DNA from: Tubiluchus corallicola
Taxonomy: Eukaryota; Animalia; Priapulida
Length of the DNA stretch: 64,000 nt
Assembly: GCA_030141605.1 (NCBI GenBank)
Contig: JAQGDQ010002383.1
Span: forward strand, 62,001 to 126,000
Direction of reading: 5' to 3'
Position numbers and translations under genes: made by a program. The notes beneath the pieces are model-generated. The model searched no databases, was not told the DNA's origin, and was given only the letters and a program-made list of their open reading frames with translations. Positions 10,345 through 41,477 of this stretch are shown here, piece after piece (position 1 is the stretch's first letter; each line of letters opens with the position of its first letter).

Positions 10345-10428
10345 GGTATCTGGTATTAGTTCACAGATATTAGCTTAATTAATTAGCATAACATTTATAA
10401 TTAAAAGTAACATTTGTAGTTAAGTACT

Positions 10429-10801
10429 CAGGGCCTCTTTCAGCTTAAGAGAGGCCCGGGAAAGTGGGGCGTGTGAGGCCCCCTCGAGGGGGAGGGCAAA
10501 GCGCCCAGAAAAATTTTGAACTGCTAGAACGCCGGAGAAGCATTTTCGAAGAGAAAACATGGAGTTACACAGTTGTTAAAGGAAAGAACAATTGAAAGAA
10601 AAACTGCTTTATTCTCAAAACCAGTCCTTAATACTTGTCAATACTGGCAAACGGCGCGCGTGCGGCAAGAGAGAGAGAGGGGGGAGCGGAGGAAGTATGT
10701 TCGCATAAAGCAAAAAAATGTTACCTTGGCATCAGGCCCCCTGGAGGGTGAGGCCCCGGGGAATTGTCCCCACTTAACCCCCCCCCCTAAAATAGGGCCT
10801 G
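10429..10801. mobile_element. hAT-type MITE
   Basis: Imperfect TIRs CAGGGCCTCTTTCAG / CTAAAATAGGGCCTG. Perfect 8-bp TSD TAAGTACT at 10421-10428 and 10802-10809. Confidence 0.9.
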
Positions 10802-11209
10802 TAAGTACTCAATTACATACCGATACAAAATGGGTCTTCATGAACTATTTTCATCAGCATCTTGCAAGGTTAATGACTCGAAAGAAATCTAATGTTGCAC
10901 AGTTATGCTTTTGCTGAATAGTTTGTCAGATTTAATTTGGATCAAGAGTTGTGTACGTATGATACAAAATGTTCAGTTAGCAAGTAAATGGTTTCCTTCA
11001 AGACTTGACAGAGAACGTTTGTAGAACTTCACCATATTTAAAACCATAAAAAATTAAATTAATATTGTTAGTGGCAACTCACAAACGATGTTCAAAAATT
11101 GGTTAAAAGTAATTTTATTCACATCCATTATATACAGCTTTATTAAAAGTATGTTATTCATAATATTCATAATGTTATTCACAAGTAGGCTTATAGCATG
11201 CTTAAAACT

Positions 11210-11213
11210 GTTG

Positions 11214-11245
<32 letters not shown>

Positions 11246-11381
11246 TGTGTGTGTGTGCATGCGTGTGCATGCGTGAGTGCGTGCGTGTGTGTGTGTGTGC
11301 GTGCGTGCATACGTGTGTGTGTGTGTGTGTGTGTGCATGCGTGTGTGTGTGTGTGTGTGTGTGCATGTGTGTGCATGTGTG

Positions 11382-11421
<40 letters not shown>

Positions 11422-11482
11422 TGCATGCATACGTGTGTGTGTGTGCGTGTGTGCGTACGTGTGCGTACGTATGCGTGCGTGT
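11210..11482. repeat. (GT)n/(GCGT)n compound microsatellite just 3' of the CYP-A stop
   Basis: Direct reading. Confidence 0.95.
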
Positions 11483-11492
11483 TTATAGTTTC

Positions 11493-22033
<10,541 letters not shown>

Positions 22034-22372
22034 GACGGTAAAATAATTTTTTATGTTAAAATATTCATACACACATACATACATACATACACACGGAAGG
22101 CGTCGACCACGTGACGCAGCTTTGTAAATACTGTACTATCTCGATTATAAGACCCTAGAAACTGCGCTAGTACCTACTGCGCATTCCTGGGTAAATGGCC
22201 TTGAGTGGCGTTTATTGATTTGGAACTTATTTACATTAGTAAACATAATACGGACTCCTGGTTCCACAGCCAGCACGCTATACGAAATAGACAGCTCTGC
22301 TTGCCAACTGGAGTTAGGTTCGCTACTCTGAAACTGCAATATAAAAATTCTGTTTTGTTATCAGCAATAACA
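22034..22372. promoter_or_regulatory. Compact divergent promoter region shared by CYP-A and CYP-B
   Basis: Only 339 bp separate the two ATGs. E-box CACGTG at 22108-22113 overlaps an ARE-like GTGACGCAGC at 22111-22120. Palindromic TTATAA at about 22146. XRE consensus TAGCGTG (minus) at 22274-22280. Confidence 0.65.
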
Positions 22373-25089
22373 ATGTTTCCAACGTTGCTCATCGCGGCAG
22401 TTTTGCTCATTTTGTTACTATTTGTATGGCAGTGGAAGAAACGTCCCGAAGGGGCACCGCCGGGCCCTGTGGGCTGGCCCATCGTTGGTTCGATGTTCTC
22501 AATGGGAAAGGACCCAACCGCGTATTTTGAAAAGCTCACAAAACGGTATGGCAACATTTTCGGGCTGTACATAGGACCAACTTTCAACGTGGTCATCAAC
22601 GATTTTGAAACGGGTCGTGAAGCTTTTCTGAAACATGGAGATGTATTTTCTGGAAGGTTCGAAAGTTTTACAATCGGTGAAATTATGGGAGACGATGAAA
22701 TGCGTGGTAAGTACTGCGATCATATAGCATTTGTAGTTGTGTTTTTAAAGAACCGCTTTCTTAATGTCTAATTTATATATTCAAAAAGCCAAGATTTCTT
22801 TGATCTTGAACAAGTGATTTAAAATATCAGAGACCTTTGCAAAAAAGCTTGAAAATTTTGGTATGTTAACTTATGTAGTTTATAAATCCATCCAAGTTAG
22901 CAAACGAGTATGGTGGGGAAGTTACACAAATTCCATCCTCACAGTAGTTGCAAAACAGTTGTGTTAGCTTAATGAAGTTATCTTAATTTTACATACTATT
23001 AACAAATAATAGTCTTTCTATCTTTTATATCATCCTATATATATCAGCTTGATTCATTACAGCATTCCATTTTAAGCACTAATGTTTTTTTAATCACGAT
23101 TCACTTTAAATTTTCAGATTATCTCCATTACTTTTTTTCTATCACTGTGTGGGACAATCTAACAAGCCCTGCATTTTGATTGTCCTCAACACATTTACCT
23201 TCGTATATAAGTGAACGGTGTATGAGGCTTTTCCTGTGCAGTATTTCTTATTTGTATTATGTTCATTGTAAGCTCTTTCACTAGATATTGTACATGAAAC
23301 TATTGTAAATGTGTAATGTGAAATAGATGACCTATGACTATTCGAGAATAGTACTGCAAACAATGAAGCATTGTGTAATACAGGTATGCAACTATTTGCT
23401 TCATTGGACGTGGACGCTTCAGGTAATTTTGCTAGCCGTATACCTAAAACTTAATCACTAAATTCTTTCGAAGAAAGTCAATAATTCAATATTACGACCC
23501 AATAATTCAGGGATATTGGTTGGTTGATTGATTTTGCAACATAGATTGTGAACAACATTATTGCTAGATCCTGTTATCCTGTTATGCAACTTAAACATCT
23601 AATAAGAAACTACAATCCAAAGAGACTAAACAATAAACACTGGACAGTGAAAAGCAAGAAATTACTGTAACATTGTTTGCAAAGTTATTTCATCATGTAA
23701 GTGTGAACAGGCCCTAATGTTGCACTTTTGGATTACAGGGCTTGTGATGTCAGAAGGAAGACGATGGAAAGAACAGAGAAAATTTGCTCTGAGTAAACTC
23801 AAAGAGTTTGGAATGGGAAAGATTAGCTTGGAGAAGAAGATAAAAGAAGAAATATCAGCCTTTCTGAACGAGCTAAAGGATAAGGAAGGCAAACCTTTCG
23901 ATCCTAAACTATATCTTTCAAATACAATTTCAAATGTCATATGTTCCATAGTATTTGGAAACCGTTACGAATACGATGACTCGGCATTTATCAAGTTAAT
24001 GGACTACATTGCTCAAGATGTCCAAAATCCTGACATTACTGGGTTTATTGATGTCTTTCCGTGGCTGAGGTATCTCCCAGGATTTAGATCAAGGTGGGTC
24101 AGACGATCTTACTCATCGTGCAAAACCTGTTGTAGCTAAATTAGGAAACAATCTCATTCATGAAGCGCTATTGGCCATTTTGAGCATTTTTTGGCATTTT
24201 TGTTTAACAATCAGTAATTTATTACACTGAAACTACTGATTTTTTGGTGTAGTAGGCTCACATATTTCTTCTTATTCGAGTAGTTTGGTTTCATCTAAAG
24301 TTGTTCCTTTGTTCGTGAGGTGGCAGAGACTGATTGGTAATTGATTACTAGTCGATTGTCGATTGATCACCAAAAAAGCCAATCCCCGAATGGTAACACA
24401 TTTGCGCAAATATTCGTTGCCAATACAGCTCTTCTGTGTTCTAGCGTCAACCTTAGCATTTACTCTCTTTGTTACCAGATGTCCAATTTATAGAAATCCG
24501 GTAATTGTTACAAATTTAGTTACGGTTAACTTTAGAACATTGTTAATTTTTGACATGTGTTACCAGTTATCAATTTCTTTATGCGCGTAGAGTGTCCGTT
24601 CTTACATGCTCTTACAATAAGCCAGTGATTATTAATACCATTTAATTCTTGATGTTTAAAAGTCACCCTGTTCGTTTGTGTGCCTGGCCTTGAATCCTGC
24701 CGCGGCCGCACTAGGCTAAAAATAAAACAACAATATATTTTGTGGAAATAGAGAGCTTCTTTTCAACAAAAATAGATCTCCAGACCATTAAGCCACTGGT
24801 TACTCTTTGTAGATCAAAGGCTACTAGGTTATGGACTTTGGTCAGAATATTTACCTACATGATAGTCTATTAACGCTAAATTCAACAACATAAATATAAA
24901 TAGTGTTGATTGGCGTTTAAATGTTTGGGAACATTGATTATTACGTGTATTATCTGTTACGTGTTAAAGATTGATAAACAGCGATTTTGACTCTGTTCTT
25001 TTCTTATGCATATAAGTAAAAACCGAATGCCTTCATTTCAATCAGTGGTGTTGAAAAAGTAAAAATACTTCGAGTTATTTGTTCAGTAA

Positions 25090-25870
25090 AGCTCATTTCA
25101 CAGCGAGGACGCAAAGAAAAATGACGTACGGAACTGCTGTCAGAAAATCAGAAAATATTTATGAAAATTTCCAATTTTTCTCGAAATCCCATTTACATGC
25201 AGCAAGGTAGTTCATTTCACAGTGAAATTGCGCGGTTTTTTCCGCACGCGCAGTTAACTCAACTTAACTGCAACTACTTCGCAAGTTTTATACTGTATAA
25301 TCATGTTTAAATTAAGTTTTGCTTACCGAATTTCTCATATGCAAAGTACAATTAGCAAAAGTATTTATTAATCAAAGTATTTTTACACCTGTTTGTTTTT
25401 AGTAAAGTTTTACTAATGACTTCAAAATCTAAAAATATACATGTACAGTATAACATAAATATATTCGTTATTTTTGTTTTTACGAATATAGCCATCGATG
25501 TTGCATTAAAAAAACACAAAATCGTCAGTCTGTTAAAGGAGAAATTAAATCTTAGAAATTAAATCTGCTGAAACGTGTTAATTGTTGTTCGTTAAATAAG
25601 AAACAATTAACAAAGTAGTTAAATTAAAGACTGAATTCTACGAGAATTCTTCAAGAAAATGGAACATACAGGCAAAATTCCTTACGAGGAGGACGCATAG
25701 CTGCTAGCTGGCAGCAGAATTCCCCAAGAGGAATTGCACGAGGAATTTTGCTGCGCGTCCTCACTGTGAAAGGCGCCATAGAAAACAATGTGTTTCATTT
25801 TCGCGAGGAATTCCTCAAAGAATTTCTCCTCTAGGCATTCTGTTGCGCGTCTTCACTGTGAAATGGGCCT
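25090..25870. mobile_element. PIF/Harbinger-like MITE
   Basis: TIRs of about 24 bp, AGCTCATTTCACAGCGAGGACGC / GCGTCTTCACTGTGAAATGGGCCT, with internal sub-terminal copies of the motif. Confidence 0.7.
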
Positions 25871-26160
25871 CAGCTTTCCTAGAAATTAACTGCTTAGTCA
25901 TCATTATTTCAGATACAAGAAGTTCATGGAAAATGAATTTCACATTATGGACTTTATAAAAAGCCATGTGGACGAACACACGAAAACGTACAATCCAGAT
26001 GACTTTGTTTCTCTTATTTAATGAAAATCCATTGTATTAATTCCAAATCCATTCCAGTAACCTAATATTGTACTCTAACTGTAATGGTGACAAAATTTTT
26101 ACATTGGCTTTTGATTATAATGTCTCTAAGCTTTTTTGAGCTGTTTTGTACCTCTCTGAG

Positions 26161-26766
26161 TAAGCAAGACAGGACGATTTTTCATATACTACCCCATTTT
26201 CAACACTGATAAAAAGTACACATTTTTAGACAATTAATACTACAAACGCATTTCTGATAATTAAATAATAGATTACAAACTTAATTAACGGCAGGCGAGC
26301 CCAACTATTCATGACATCACAAATTAACATAATTTTCAACAACAAAAATATTCCACGAGTGTGTTGCACGTGTTTGCGAAAGCAAAAATTGAAGTACAAT
26401 GCTACTGTAAAATATTCAGCAAGTTTTAAGATAAAAATTCAAATTTCAAATATACCGCTGTGATCACGTATGAGCTTTCGAAACGGTGTACGTTTGTCAC
26501 AGACTAGCACATTTGAACTGAGAGGTACAGCACCCGTTTTTTGTGCAATGCGTTTCCCAAATGCAGGTGCTAATGCCCGTTTAACTAGCGAAAGGCGAAA
26601 GGCCTGTAACAGCGAAGAACTAGTGGTACGAACATGAAATTGTGTTTGTGTGGTAATAATTCTTTCACGTAAGTCATTTTTGAAAAAATAGTATGTTTCC
26701 TTTCAATATTTGAAAGAGTTGATTGTTTTGACCTACAGTTTAAGATTGGATCCTGTTTTGCTTTAA
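26161..26766. mobile_element. TTAA-flanked MITE (Kolobok-like), copy 1
   Basis: TIR AAGCAAGACAGGA / TCCTGTTTTGCTT followed by TAA. Colinear with the copies at 40586 and 54638. Confidence 0.8.
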
Positions 26767-28109
26767 TTTTGGTTGCAACCATGTTGACAAAGGACGAGAA
26801 TCGTGCAAACGACACAGTTTAGAGTAGAAATAAGTAAACGTGGAAAAGCAATTTCAAAAAGCACTTGAAGTCAAATTTTTAATAAGTGTAATCAATTTTA
26901 ATGACGTTGTAGCAGTAAAATAAGATTTCTGACATGATCAGAAGAGAAATGAGTTAAACCCGAGTTGAGATGAGATGGCTTCTTCATTTTCAATTCTGAC
27001 ACTAAAGAAATGTGTTTACAAGAAAAAAATCAAACAAAATATCAGAGACTTTTAATTCAAAAGTCGAGATGCAAGGTTATTTAATCAATTATTGTTCATA
27101 TAAATTCACAACTAAACCTTGAAATATCTTAAATATGGGGCGATTTGACGTGACAGAGTTCCAGGTTAGCTCACTTCCCTTTTCTCTGCCTCTTTTAGCA
27201 TGTTAAAAGGGTTCTAGCATATTAACAACTTCGAAAAATCACTCGAAACACTTAATTATTGTGACACTAATAGATAAATTCAGTAAAATACAAATTATTG
27301 ATTTTTTGCAATAATGGGTGCCAAATCTGTTAAAATAGTAAGTATTTAACTTTTTTTCAGTTAGTGAGCTTATGTGGGTTGCAGCAGACTGTTTCTTTGC
27401 TGGAACCGAAACCACGTCATCAACACTTTATTGGGCGTTTATTTACTTGCTGCATTATCCCGATGTACAGAAACGCGTGCAGAAAGAAATTGATGACGTC
27501 ATTGGAAAATCAAGGCTGCCATCTGTAGCCGACAAACCAAACATGCCTTTCACGGAAGCAACTTTAACTGAAATACAAAGAATGGGTAATGAAAGTGTTG
27601 GCAAAAATAAGAAATTTTTTGTTGACCATACTGATGATTTACAAACTATATTAACATTCATTGCTACTATCATCCTAATTTTCTAATTTTTTCCATGGCA
27701 CTTTTTTCCATATATATGTAGCTTATATCATAGAACTTACAAAAAGGCTTTTAAAATGTTGTTTCGTATTTACATCCAGAGCTAAAGCAACATGATACTA
27801 GTCATTTGTGATGGCCTGCAATTTTTGGTCTTTTGAAAGTAGTATTTTCAACACATTTTCAGGAAACATTGTACCACTTGGAGTACCACATTCCACTTCA
27901 AAAGAGGTGACGTTTCAAGGCTACAGAATACCAGCTCGTACGACTGTAATGTTGAACTTGACTGCCATCCATCAGGATCCGGTCATGTTTCCGGAACCTA
28001 ATCACTTCCGTCCTGAACGCCATTTGAACGACAAAGGAGAGTTTGTAAAGAATGATGCAGTAATTCCATTTTCAGTTGGTGAGATTTATTTTACACATAG
28101 AGAAAGAAG

Positions 28110-28340
28110 AAGAAAAAGAAAACCTTCTAATGGAGGGGGTGTGGGATAGATGGTTATAGCATCTATTTACAAAACCTCATCAGAAGGGAAGGACAGGCAG
28201 ATAGACCTTTTTTTCTTTCACCAATACATAACCAATTATCGGTTAAGTTTGAGTAAGGCTAGAAAGGTGATCAGAGTTTGCACAGGTGTTGAAACTTGGA
28301 TTCGAACCAAGAACCTCTGGATTGGCTTTCAGGTGTTGTA
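28110..28340 (-). mobile_element. tRNA-derived SINE-like element
   Basis: Minus-strand head with A-box-like TGTGTGGTTA and B-box GGTTCGAATCC, followed by a non-tRNA body. Confidence 0.55.
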
Positions 28341-28512
28341 ACCACACAGACACCTGACACAAAGTAGAGCAATGTTTTGGTTATAGACATTTTATTACTT
28401 GGAAGCAGCATACCTTTTGTTACACATTAACACCTGGTTAGGCAATGTGATGCGTCCACCATTGCATGCCACTAACCTCCAACACATCTAGCCCATTTTT
28501 CTAAAAAAGTGT

Positions 28513-28547
<35 letters not shown>

Positions 28548-30519
28548 TCCTATTATACATATATATAATGTAAACATATATATATGTATACATTATATAT
28601 ATGTATGTATACATATATAATGCTCATCTGCGCTCTCGTACAAACTCACAAAGGGAATTTGAATCTTGTTAAAAGGACATAGGTATAGCCAACAAGGAAG
28701 ACATTTTCTTATAGGACAGTGTTGAAGACAAATCTCCAACAAATCAAGCCAACATATCAAAAAGTGTTTTATGTCTATATAATGCTCGCCTTGGCTCTCA
28801 TTCGAAAACACAAAGGGAGTTTCAATCTTGCCAGAGGGACACGGGTATAGCCCACTAGAAAGGCATTTTTATAGGACAGGCAATCACAAATTCCTGAAAG
28901 GTAGTTAGTCATGTAACTGAACTTGATCACCGTCAGTAAAAATAATACCACAATATAGAATAGTTATTTAGTCCATTAGCAATTTAACTAAATAATGTCA
29001 CAATGCTACCAAATCGTACACACTTTTAATTTTGCAGTTATGCACATGCAGCATGAACAGAAGTAAAATCAAACAGTGCTCTTCTGAGACGTCCCATTAT
29101 CGTAATCATAAATAAGACAATGTGCCTTATCTCTACCTTACAGCTAACAAAGGTCCTGTGAAAAACGAAAACTTCTGTGTCTTAATGGGCCCTTTGTATT
29201 CTTTGCGATTTGAATGTGAGTCTTTGAATGTAAGTAAGACTCTGTTTATGTTTCCAAAGATCCTGAATACGTTCTACCACTTTCAGTAGTATGGAAATTA
29301 TCGGCCTAAAACCGCTTGCAAATAGGCCTAATCAATGAAAGTTCTAATGCAACATGCAGGTTTGTAAAAACGGCTTTTGCAGCTTCAATAAAAACCATTA
29401 ACGGTAACTGCAAAATGAAATGAAGAATCATTTTAAAATCAGTTCAAAAGAAGACAAAACGAACTTACTAGTATCAGCAGAGTATTAAGAGAAAAACATG
29501 TGCAAGTCCTATTATGGCGCACTAGAGTTTTATAAAATAGTTTTGTTTGTTTAGGTCGACGTGTCTGTCTTGGTGAAGCTTTGGCAAGAATGGAGCTGTT
29601 TTTATACTTCACGAGCATACTGCAAAACTTTGACATTCAGCTACCCCCTGGTGCTCCTAAACCGAGCTTAGAACCACATTTTGGTTTCCTAGTGTCAGCT
29701 CCCGAACCTTATAAGATTCAAATGAATGTTCGTTAATCAACATTAATAAGATAGAATATAGCTGTACGTGAATAGAGAGAAAAATTACTTTAAAAAGAGT
29801 TGTTTTTTTTTGCTAAGTGCTGTCAGAAAAGTTTTAGTGTTAAAGAATTGTAAATTTAAAAAAATATTTAAGTAACGTTTTTTTGTGATTAGGTTTAAAA
29901 CAGAAATAGTTTAAGTAAACATTTTCAGCATGAGAAAGCTGGTTGCAAACTAGATTTTACATGTTGGCAGTACTTGATGGCTTAAACTTGCTTTAACGTG
30001 AAATATAGATAATTACTCGATCTATCATCGTGAATTTTGTAATTTCTTTTGTTTACATGTGTCCAGTAGCCAATATTCAATAACTACTTGTGTGTTTTGC
30101 CTGAAAAACAAGCATCATAGAAATTCCGTTGCCTTACATTTGGTGAGGTATCACAGATTCAGCAGAATAAGATTTGCGCGTTAACATTTTCATTTCATTT
30201 TTTTATTTGAAACCTCTTGGCACCAGTGAATTATAGTAGTTACCACTATATTACTTCAGAAGGCAGACGATAAAACACTTATAAAAATAAGGTTAGACGT
30301 TAGTAACGTCAAATCATATTTATTTGATTTTTTTCTTGTGCCATACAGATTGAAAATTTGTTTGTTTGTTGTTTTTTGTCTGTTATTTGTTTTTCGTGCA
30401 TTGATTCGTTTGTTTGTGTGCTGATTCGCTTACTTGCGTACCTGTTTATTCGTGTTTCTGCTAGTTTTCTCTCATTTTTTAAAATTATTTTCTTAATGAC
30501 ATTTTTATTTAGACTACAA

Positions 30520-30954
30520 CAGTGGCTGATTTAGGGGGTGTGCTCAAGGGGCCTGGGCCCTCCCTTTCACAGTAACAGTTACAACACACCAAATGAATAT
30601 TTTCTCTGAATTATACGCATTACAACGATTTCCTAAATCCTAAAGATGCCTTATATCTGTAAAACTCATGTATCACCAGAAAACAAATGTAAATGATTGT
30701 ACATTCATGTATGCTGTATAATGTTTATCAATATATTGGCATGTAATCTTAAATCAAAGGTGAAATGAAACCTGTTCTAAACTAGTGAGCGTCCTTGAAG
30801 AAATGGCTTTTAGAAGGCAGAAAAGTGGTCGAAATGCAGTAAAATGTGTTGTTGTCCGGGTGGACCTCGTTGGGGAGCTTACACCGCTCCCCCAACCCCC
30901 GTAAGTGCTTTTCTGTTGGACTCACCGTTGTTCTAAAACCTGTATCCGCCCCTA
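30520..30954. mobile_element. Old hAT-type MITE
   Basis: Termini CAGTGGCTGATTTAG / CTGTATCCGCCCCTA, GC-rich sub-terminal regions, degenerate 8-bp flanks. Confidence 0.6.
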
Positions 30955-32119
30955 TATTACATAAGCGGCTATAACTAATACGGGAACAGAGAAATAGAAG
31001 CATTTGAAAACATAATTATATATCCGTTAGTTATATACATTTGTAGATCCTTTTAAACTATGTCTTGTTAATTGCTATACTACAAACGCTTGTTTTTTTT
31101 CTGTATTTAAAAATAAAATTGTCATAAAACGGAATGTTGCAGTTGGTTACACTTATTTAATGTGAGCAGTGTGCTGTGTTGCGGGGAAAAGCAATGCATA
31201 CTACTACTGTTGTTTCCAAAATATTTAAAAGACAAGAAAAAGGGTACCTGATGTAGGTTTCAGAAAAATCGCCTTAAAAATTATACTACTTTACAGCAAT
31301 TATATGTGTACATAGTGCTTGCGTTGAAAGGAATTTTTGTTTGTTTTCATTTTAAATCTTCTGCAATACTGTTCTGACGGCGCCATTACATGACGTCACT
31401 ACGACACGAAAATCAGGGGAAGAAAAGGCATTGCTAAATTATTTCCAAAAAAATATTCCATGCATATCCATATTACTTACCATTTCGCTTAACTGCTGGA
31501 AAGACTTATGTAACTAGAAATAACAATTTAAAATATTCGTGCCAATTGGTAAAATGTCGCTGAGTCACCCTTCAGGGTGCGCCACTCAGTAACCAAAATG
31601 GTATTTCTAATCTTATTGACAAGATACAGTAATTTAAAATTTTACTTAGTTAGTAACATGTATGCTAGGATGCTCTGATTATTTTTTCAAAAATTACTCA
31701 GTGTTATCTATGCTAGGATGCTCTGATTATTTTTTCAAACTTTGCTCAGTGTTATCTAAACTTGTTTCAAACGACCTACCATCAAAATGGCTGCCCCTAA
31801 TGGTCATCGCGGGAGTAAATTTACACACTTTATTCAGCGTTACAGCCGACGCAAACGACGATGCCGACTGCATGCAAAAAGACAGTGTGTAAATGGTATA
31901 AATTTCAAGACGAATTTTTTAAGCTTTATGTAAGTGGAGGTTTTTCTTGTGCTTTAAAAATTTACTTTTAAAATAATCTACAACCTCCTTGCATGAACGT
32001 AGTTTCTTCTTGCAAATCTCTGTCTCATTTCCATCCTAGTGACCCATCAACTTATACCGGCCAATAATTAATATTACACTCGAGGGTTAGCAACCAGGAA
32101 GAGATTGTCAGAGTGCACT

Positions 32120-32500
32120 TAAATGTATCCAAGGTTTTTGATTGATTTCAACATGACGGTTTTTTTTCAAATTACATGCAGCCCATTATTAGATTGGCTA
32201 AAATAAAATAATATTTAGAGAGCTGTCATCAAAGTGTTGTCATTAAGGGATCTGAATGCCTCAGAAAGGATTCACGTAGAGGCGGGAGTCTCCAAGGATA
32301 GATTCTACGCCCACTGTTGTTTTGGTGTTCATTAATGACACATCTGCAAACTTGGAGAATACTCTTCGTTGTTTACATACTTTTTTCTAACTCTCTCTCT
32401 TTTTTGTCCCCTGAAAAATATTAGCCTTGCAGTTGAAATCCTAAACTGTGACATTACTAAAATTCAAAACTTGGTATTCAAAGTGGTTAATAACAATGAT
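32120..32500 (+). mobile_element. Highly decayed LINE reverse transcriptase relic
   Basis: Frameshifted remnants of SKVFD, QSVVI, VEAGV(P)QG, PLLF..FIND and NLENTLR. Confidence 0.65.
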
Positions 32501-32880
32501 GGTTCAAAAGTAGTTCAGTAAAATGCTGGAGGTATAATACTTTTTTCGTAATGCTGAAAATGAAGTAATGAATTGTATTTTCGACTATTAACACAGTGGC
32601 TTGCTCAGTGCTGTGTTATCTCCCGGAAACTCTATATCGAAGACAAAACCGACTGCAATTCTTTTAACACGTTAGTCTATTCAGGTATGTTAATTTAGTC
32701 TTTTTATTTTATTTAATTAGCTTTTATTCTGGGAAGACTTATTGCATAGTGATTGGTTTTTCTTTCTATTCAGTCGTGGTAATTTTTTATAGCTTGTTAT
32801 ATTTTAAATCAATGATGTTTTGCTTTTCATTTTCTTTTTTTCACTCTGGTGACCTACTGCCTTAACATTTTATCTGTAAT

Positions 32881-32920
32881 ATTCATCTGATGAGGCCGTT
32901 AGGACGAAAACTCCTGAAAT
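32881..32920 (+). ncRNA. Degenerate hammerhead-ribozyme-like motif (Penelope terminal-repeat type)
   Basis: TTCAT-CTGATGA-GGCC-GTTA-GGAC-GAAA-ACTC-CTGAA, then AATAAA. The core is conserved, with one mismatch each in stems I and II. Confidence 0.45.
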
Positions 32921-33067
32921 AAATAAGTAATCTATTGTGAGATTATAAAGTGCATTCAACGTTTTATTCAGGCTAAAGATGGCAAGCCTCATGCGCATTT
33001 TTTTCACATTTTAGATGATTTAAAAAATTTGGCGCACGTTATTCCAAAACCGGTAGCCCTTAAAACA

Positions 33068-33120
33068 GCGCCCTCTTGCCCACGTATAAAACAAGTCTAG
33101 CATGACCTTGTACTTCAGTA
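33068..33120 (+). promoter_or_regulatory. Candidate core promoter of CYP-C (TATA + Inr)
   Basis: TATAAAA at 33085-33091, Inr-like TCAGT with A at 33117, and a nuclear-receptor monomer site TGACCTTG at 33103-33110. An acceptor-like TGCAG at 33424-33428, just before the ATG, suggests a 5'-UTR intron. Confidence 0.55.
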
Positions 33121-33444
33121 GTCCACTCATAAGTGAGCTTAAAAATAGGTTTATTTCCGAATTTGCGAGTGCCGTTGCGCTCAGTTAAAGCTTGCTTGTG
33201 AGTCTTGTACATAACAGGCAGTACTGCTTAGCAATAAACAGTCAAATCTCGATATTAGCGTTGATTACATCATTTAAATGTGTTGATTTACATCTACAAA
33301 CGTTATATTGTAGACACGTGTATAAAAAACACGTCTTCAAAATTAGTGCGACGCTTTCAAATATCCCAAGCGGCCAAGGCAGTGAAATCTATTTTTAAAA
33401 AAATTGCAGTCTGTTGTGTTTAATGCAGCAACATCGACATTAGC

Positions 33445-41477
<8,033 letters not shown>

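Larger units (their letters stand above)
22373..29736 (+). pseudogene. Cytochrome P450, CYP2 clan (CYP-B); exon 3 truncated, probable recent pseudogene or null allele
   Basis: Exons 22373-22706, 23739-24093, 25913-about 26003 (broken), 27361-27585, 27863-28078 and 29555-29736. Five exons are open with motifs intact (WKEQR, AGTETT, EIQR, PERH, FSVGRRVCLG). Exon 3 loses homology after YNPDD and reaches TAA at 26019-26021 with no phase-1 donor. Confidence 0.85.
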
